A DNA stretch of 64,000 nucleotides, from positions 67,447 to 131,446 of the forward strand of contig JAKAGM010000001.1 of NCBI GenBank assembly GCA_021815445.1, written 5' to 3'. The notes below the pieces were generated by a model, which worked only from the letters and a program-made list of their open reading frames with translations, did no database searches and was not told where the DNA came from. A program made the position numbers and the translations under genes. Shown here piece by piece: positions 59,735 through 64,000 of this stretch. Source of the DNA: a bacterium (GTDB lineage: Bacteria; Patescibacteriota; Patescibacteriia; UBA10025). Within the stretch, counting starts at the first letter, position 1, and each line of letters begins with the position of its first letter.

Positions 59735-60205
59735 ATGCGGAGAATCATCCCGTTGCTGTCGATCGCGGTGTTTTGCACGTTCTGTGCAGGCTGTATCAGA
59801 GAAGTCAACGAGCGGTCAAACCTCCTGACGGAGACTGTGAAAGCGCGGGACCTTGTTTACACGCCTGCAGTCCACGGATCCGGCATGGGGCCCACGATGC
59901 GTATGACCAAGGGCGGCGGTATCGGTCTCGGACTCGCCATCACATCAGTCAACACCGAGGAGGTCTACTCGATCGTCTTCGAGTGCCAGCACGGCGGATT
60001 CGTCATCCAGCGAGAGGAGTTATGGAAGAAGCTCCATAAGGACTCCACGTACCATTGCAGGTATGTCGAGCTGTATCGGACCGTCTATGATGGAAAACCC
60101 GACACGCTCGTCTCACGGACGCTCGTGGGCTACGATTTCCTGGGTCTCGAGGAGTTCCCCGATCTCATGGAAAAGCCTGACGAGATGTACCACCCTGTCA
60201 AATGA
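59735..60205 (+). CDS. putative lipoprotein
   Basis: signal peptide with lipobox (LLSIAVFCTFCAGC); GAAGGAG RBS; 156 aa. Confidence 0.55.
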   Translation: MRRIIPLLSIAVFCTFCAGCIREVNERSNLLTETVKARDLVYTPAVHGSGMGPTMRMTKGGGIGLGLAITSVNTEEVYSIVFECQHGGFVIQREELWKKLHKDSTYHCRYVELYRTVYDGKPDTLVSRTLVGYDFLGLEEFPDLMEKPDEMYHPVK

Positions 60206-60230
60206 CCCCCGCGTTTGCACCAATGCGAAT

Positions 60231-60273
60231 AAGCCCGGCCACAGTACCAACTGTCGCGCCGGGCTTCTTTTTT
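60231..60273 (+). terminator. rho-independent terminator (AAGCCCGGC ... GCCGGGCTT + T6)
   Basis: 9-bp GC stem followed by CTTTTTT. Confidence 0.7.
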
Positions 60274-60388
60274 GCCGGGCTAACAGTAATTGAGCGTTTT
60301 TTGGTATACTTATCTTATATCCCTCCTTTCCACAAAAGACATTCACCTTAGCCGTCTAAGTTAGCAGATCTTTTATTATGCAAGCGGT

Positions 60389-61318
60389 GTGATATCCTAT
60401 ATAAGCATGAACAATGTCAATATTCCTCAAGCAAAAGTAAAAAATGATAAGTATATTTGGCTTGGGTTGTTTGTTTGCCTATTCATTCTCCTATGTCTTT
60501 TTTTGTACTTCATTGTACTCTGGCCTCAGGCCCTCTTGAGAGAGTTTCCATACTCATCATTTGTTGCGCGGCGTACGGGATATTCCGAAAGTATTGATAC
60601 CAGTATTAAGGTGCTCCAGGTAATTAGTCCTCTACAAGGCGGATTCATTGTCACGAGAAGTATCAATCAGGACAGGGAAGTTACTTCAGGGTGGAGGACG
60701 TTTCCTGACGGAGGGATAAATTTTCTTATCTCTATGAAAAAGGACATTTCGATGGTCAAGGATAGCGGTGAGATCGTGTGGAGGAAAACCTACGCCGAGT
60801 ATCCTGTCAATCAGTATAATAGCCGTCAGCTTCCAACGGAAAGCGATTCAAAAAATTCAGTCTTATACCCCAAAGTACTCGATGGAGGGGCAAACGTAAT
60901 TCGCAGTTGCCCGGACGGTAAAGTACAACTGGCGTATCTTCAGGAAAATTGGGTATCTACTGGTCCGGGGTCAAGTTCGCTGCATGGTTACGGCGATTTT
61001 GTCGGTCCTGGAGTAGAAATCAATTTAAATAGCGGGGAGATGACTCAGTTCACCGACGCAGGGAGGCTATGTACTAAAGAAATTCGGGATCTTTATAGGC
61101 CCCAGACGGATACGATTTATGCCTGTGGGGATAAAATTCCTTTCGTACGGAAAATGGGAGACAGAAGCCATCCGTCCACCGGACCAATCGCCGTACTTAA
61201 AGAGTATTATCAATTTCCCTGTAACTATTCGTCATCAGGGTATCAAAATTTGAAGGCGGATCCGACGAAAGCCACCATCCCGCCGGGACCAAGTGACATA
61301 TTAGATATCCCGCTGTAG
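60389..61318 (+). CDS. membrane-anchored hypothetical protein (309 aa, N-terminal TM)
   Basis: lower GC than core genes; no recognised domain. Confidence 0.45.
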   Translation: MISYISMNNVNIPQAKVKNDKYIWLGLFVCLFILLCLFLYFIVLWPQALLREFPYSSFVARRTGYSESIDTSIKVLQVISPLQGGFIVTRSINQDREVTSGWRTFPDGGINFLISMKKDISMVKDSGEIVWRKTYAEYPVNQYNSRQLPTESDSKNSVLYPKVLDGGANVIRSCPDGKVQLAYLQENWVSTGPGSSSLHGYGDFVGPGVEINLNSGEMTQFTDAGRLCTKEIRDLYRPQTDTIYACGDKIPFVRKMGDRSHPSTGPIAVLKEYYQFPCNYSSSGYQNLKADPTKATIPPGPSDILDIPL

Positions 61319-61367
61319 ATTCATTACAAGGAGCCGGTCGGCTGTCTTTGCTATACTTAAACTACAC

Positions 61368-62090
61368 ATGCCCCTCCTCTCCACAACAACATTTACACTC
61401 GCAACCTACGCCAAAGGCGACGAGAACGCCGAGAAGCTCGCACTTGTGTTACCCGGTCGGTTGGATACGAAAGACTATCTGCACATGCGCAGCCACGTGG
61501 ACTTTTTGGCAACGAAAGGATACTTCGCGCTTTCATTCGACCCGCCGGGTACGTGGGAGAGTCCGGGAGGTATCGGACTGTACACGATGACGAACTATTT
61601 GAAAGCTATCAACGAACTGATTGAGCATTTTGGCAATCGACCTACGTTACTCATGGGGCACAGTCGGGGCGGCAGCATTGGCATGCTTGTCGGTAGCACT
61701 AATCCGCACGTCACGGGGTTCATCTCTGTCTTTTCACACGCCTCCCCGAGCAAACCTGAGGGTCCCGCGTCATCGTTGAGAGACATCCCCGGGCACCCGG
61801 GACAAAAGAGGCAATTTAATTTGCCGAATAGTTTTTTTATCGACTCAGCGAGCCATGACATTATGGGTCCGCTCAAGACCTGCACGAAGCCGAAACTGTT
61901 TTTTCTCGGCACTCAAGATATTATGGTCCCGCCTGAAAAAGTACAGAAGGCATATGATGACGCCGCAGAGCCGAAACAGCTTGAGACGCTCGACTCCGGC
62001 CATGACTATAGGAATAGGCCGGAGATTATCGAAGAGGTGAATAGGAAAGTCGGGGAGTGGATGGAGAAGACAAAAAAGCATCCCACATAA
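61368..62090 (+). CDS. alpha/beta-hydrolase fold esterase/lipase-like protein
   Basis: nucleophile elbow LLMGHSRGGSIG (GxSxG), Asp in ...GTQDIMV..., His in ...DSGHDY... Confidence 0.7.
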   Translation: MPLLSTTTFTLATYAKGDENAEKLALVLPGRLDTKDYLHMRSHVDFLATKGYFALSFDPPGTWESPGGIGLYTMTNYLKAINELIEHFGNRPTLLMGHSRGGSIGMLVGSTNPHVTGFISVFSHASPSKPEGPASSLRDIPGHPGQKRQFNLPNSFFIDSASHDIMGPLKTCTKPKLFFLGTQDIMVPPEKVQKAYDDAAEPKQLETLDSGHDYRNRPEIIEEVNRKVGEWMEKTKKHPT

Positions 62091-62155
62091 AACAGCGGGA
62101 CTCCGGATCCATCTTGTCATTCAACCCTATCTGTCGGCGGGAATGAGACAAATAT

Positions 62156-62431
62156 TTGTGCTATAATTACTCCATGAAGCAGAACATGCAGAAAATTGTC
62201 ATATACAAAGATGCCCGGGGGGATGTGAAGCTTAAAGCCGATGTTCGCGCCGAGACTCTTTGGGCTACCCAAGCGCAGATTGCCCAGCTTTTTGGGGTAG
62301 ATAGAACAGTGGCGACAAAGCACATCCGCAACATATTTTCTGATGGCGAGGTCAACAAAAAAAGCAATGTGCAAAAAATGCACATTCCTCACTCGGATAA
62401 GCCGATCACAGTGGCTTACTGTCTATCGTAA
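62156..62431 (+). pseudogene. truncated RhuM-family (virulence protein RhuM-like) gene, N-terminal ~90 aa only
   Basis: ...KIVIYKDARGDVKLKADVRAETLWATQAQIAQLFGVDRTVATKHIRNIFSDGEV... matches the RhuM N-terminus; the reading frame ends at ...KPITVAYCLS* where full-length homologs continue for >200 aa. Confidence 0.5.
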
Positions 62432-62648
62432 ATCCACGGGATCCTTCCCCGCCTGCGCTTTCAGCTTCGGCAGGTTCAGGATGGTGGTATTTCGCAACGG
62501 GATTCCGGATCCCTCCAGAGGCGGGCAGGCAAGTCCGGAGTGGTAATGAGCTTTGTGTTATGGGCAGTTGACAGTTCGGGAGGAGTGCGGTATAAAGGAC
62601 GAAATTGCATAAAAAGTACTTTTCACCCCACAACCGGCGGAGGGTTTC

Positions 62649-63335
62649 ATGAACGGAACGGTCTACTTCCTGATGTATAGCGATAGGGTCAGGGCGCAAA
62701 TGATCGATGCGCTCAGCCTCATGAGCTATGGAATGTATGTGGTGTCGCTTACCTTTATCTTACACCCAGAACAGTTCGTGACATGTTTTTCGGTCATACT
62801 GGTCGGAACCGTGCTGCTTACACGCCTGATGAGTGTATTCGCATGCCATCTTCATCGCGAACTGCGCGTGATGGCGGCAGTAGGCTCACCGTTGTATCTC
62901 GGAGCGTGCATCTTGTCTCTTTTCCTCATCTACCCACTCGGACCGACGGTAAAATTCCCCATTGGGCACCCGGAGTCGGCAGTTGAAGTTCGAAGCATTG
63001 CCCTGTTTTTCTCATGGCGGGAGGAAGTCCGGGTGTACTCCACTTCAGCGCACCATTCCTATCGGCACGGCGGGAAGGTTTTGCTGTTCGATACCAAATA
63101 TGACGGGGCGATACTCGACTTCCACCGCCGATTTGGGAGCTCGCAGGCGTTTGCCGACTCTTCGGGAGCCGAAGTGATCCGATTTGCTGAAAGCTATTTC
63201 ACGGGCAATCCGAATGCCACGATGGTCGGCCTGGCCCTGCAGCTGCAGCAGGGCCTTCCGGGCCTGAGCATCAGCAATGTTGTCCTGGGGACTGTCCCCG
63301 AGGAGAGCTCTTTGACCCCCGTTGCGATCAAGTAA
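62649..63335 (+). CDS. hypothetical membrane-associated protein (228 aa)
   Basis: 2-3 hydrophobic helices at the N-terminus; no recognised domain. Confidence 0.45.
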   Translation: MNGTVYFLMYSDRVRAQMIDALSLMSYGMYVVSLTFILHPEQFVTCFSVILVGTVLLTRLMSVFACHLHRELRVMAAVGSPLYLGACILSLFLIYPLGPTVKFPIGHPESAVEVRSIALFFSWREEVRVYSTSAHHSYRHGGKVLLFDTKYDGAILDFHRRFGSSQAFADSSGAEVIRFAESYFTGNPNATMVGLALQLQQGLPGLSISNVVLGTVPEESSLTPVAIK

Positions 63336-63457
63336 CGGGTTTTTTCTTTTTGAAGATGAGGTACGATGTACATTGACGTTGACCGTGTGTATGAGTAGAA
63401 TGACGACGGAGGAAAAGGAGTGACAAAACCGTTCTCTTCATCTGAAAGGAGTCCACA

Positions 63458-64000
63458 ATGCGCAGTTTGTGGAGAAAGCTCGAACGGAATACTCGACAGT
63501 TGGCTGCCTTCGGGCTGGTGACTGCGGTTACCGTCTTGGTGGTGTGGGGTTCTATTGCGTCACCCGACTCAGTTCTTGGCGAGTATACGTCGGCGGCGTT
63601 GTTGTCGACTGGCATATGCCTGTTGGCCATCATGGGTGGGGTCTTTACAGCTATGTACGTGGCGCATCGGAATTCTCCAGTGACCATGAGGCTGATTCAA
63701 TCGTTGACACTAGCCTGTGCGGTCGGGTTAGTTACCATGTTCTGCACCGTTTCCCGCTTCGATGGAAATACGGTCCTCATCAGCCGAACTACCGGTGAAA
63801 TACGCGTGCCGTCCGGATTCGCTATTTACAATCCTCTCGAATTTCGACCGTCTGTATACATGCGCACGATTACCGTCACCGACACCGAAGTCGGATATAT
63901 GGTAAGGGTTAGTCCACGGATGACGGTGAAAGAGCTTCAAACCAAGTTCGGGTCTCCGGTGGCGTGCAGGCAGGTATACACTACGATCATTCATAACGCA
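63458..64000 (+). CDS. hypothetical membrane protein, 3'-truncated by window end
   Basis: AAAGGAG RBS 7 nt before the ATG at 63458; TTGACG-N17-TAGAAT promoter at ~63378; open to the window edge (not in the ORF track because it has no stop). Confidence 0.45.
   Translation, partial: MRSLWRKLERNTRQLAAFGLVTAVTVLVVWGSIASPDSVLGEYTSAALLSTGICLLAIMGGVFTAMYVAHRNSPVTMRLIQSLTLACAVGLVTMFCTVSRFDGNTVLISRTTGEIRVPSGFAIYNPLEFRPSVYMRTITVTDTEVGYMVRVSPRMTVKELQTKFGSPVACRQVYTTIIHNA

Noticed and set aside
62440-62560. Possible tRNA or small RNA gene after the RhuM fragment
   Set aside because: No 7-bp acceptor stem, T-loop (GTTCRANYC) or D-arm pattern could be drawn. Only generic GC hairpins are present

Overview
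This is a 64 kb, roughly 55-58% GC bacterial chromosomal window, gene-dense and mostly on the + strand. A T4SS-pilin-like small protein, an alpha2-type GlyRS, a short MetRS and many tiny membrane proteins suggest a small-genome (Patescibacteria/CPR-like) lineage. That lineage call is inference only.

Housekeeping genes read directly from the ORF translations:
- a PaaI thioesterase and a DsbA-like oxidoreductase
- a Clp-like AAA+ protein
- glyQS, translationally coupled to an M16 peptidase; an AI-2E transporter; rpsU divergent from rsmI
- metG, cvpA, tatD, rmuC and an ABC-2 transporter pair
- a complete F1Fo ATP synthase operon, atpZ-B-E-F-H-A-G-D-C, with an atpE/atpF intercistronic hairpin
- a UvrD-type helicase fused to a Cas4-like Fe-S nuclease, followed by a DciA/DUF721 protein
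- pheS-pheT-gyrB
- secE-nusG-rplK-[inserted membrane protein]-rplA, running into dCMP deaminase, a P-loop kinase, dut and an HD-domain protein

Accessory or unusual content:
- A ~130-nt GC-rich repeat with three hairpins is present in 2.5 copies. The copies show compensatory substitutions, which suggests a structured RNA or mobile DNA element.
- A 22-26 bp palindrome with a TGTGTTAACACA core occurs twice, about 2 kb apart.
- Two paralogous single-domain pseudo-receiver (CheY-like) genes lack the phospho-acceptor Asp. They have near-identical promoters.
- A membrane-anchored Clp-like ATPase carries an N-terminal DnaJ-type zinc finger and a degenerate D1 module.
- An AT-rich GIY-YIG nuclease gene sits in a GC-rich neighbourhood.
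- A 53-62.6 kb accessory stretch contains an IS200/RAYT-type transposase remnant with REP-like hairpins and 33-bp direct repeats around an SRPBCC gene.
- That stretch also holds a low-GC, ~3 kb restriction-modification-like island: an XRE C-protein, a 347-aa orphan protein that is probably a restriction endonuclease, and a convergent gene encoding a full LexA repressor fused in-frame to a beta-class N4/N6 DNA methyltransferase. A truncated RhuM gene lies at 62156-62431.
- The LexA-methyltransferase fusion and its C-R partner genes are the most likely candidate for an undescribed system in this window.

No rRNA, tRNA or CRISPR array was recognised.
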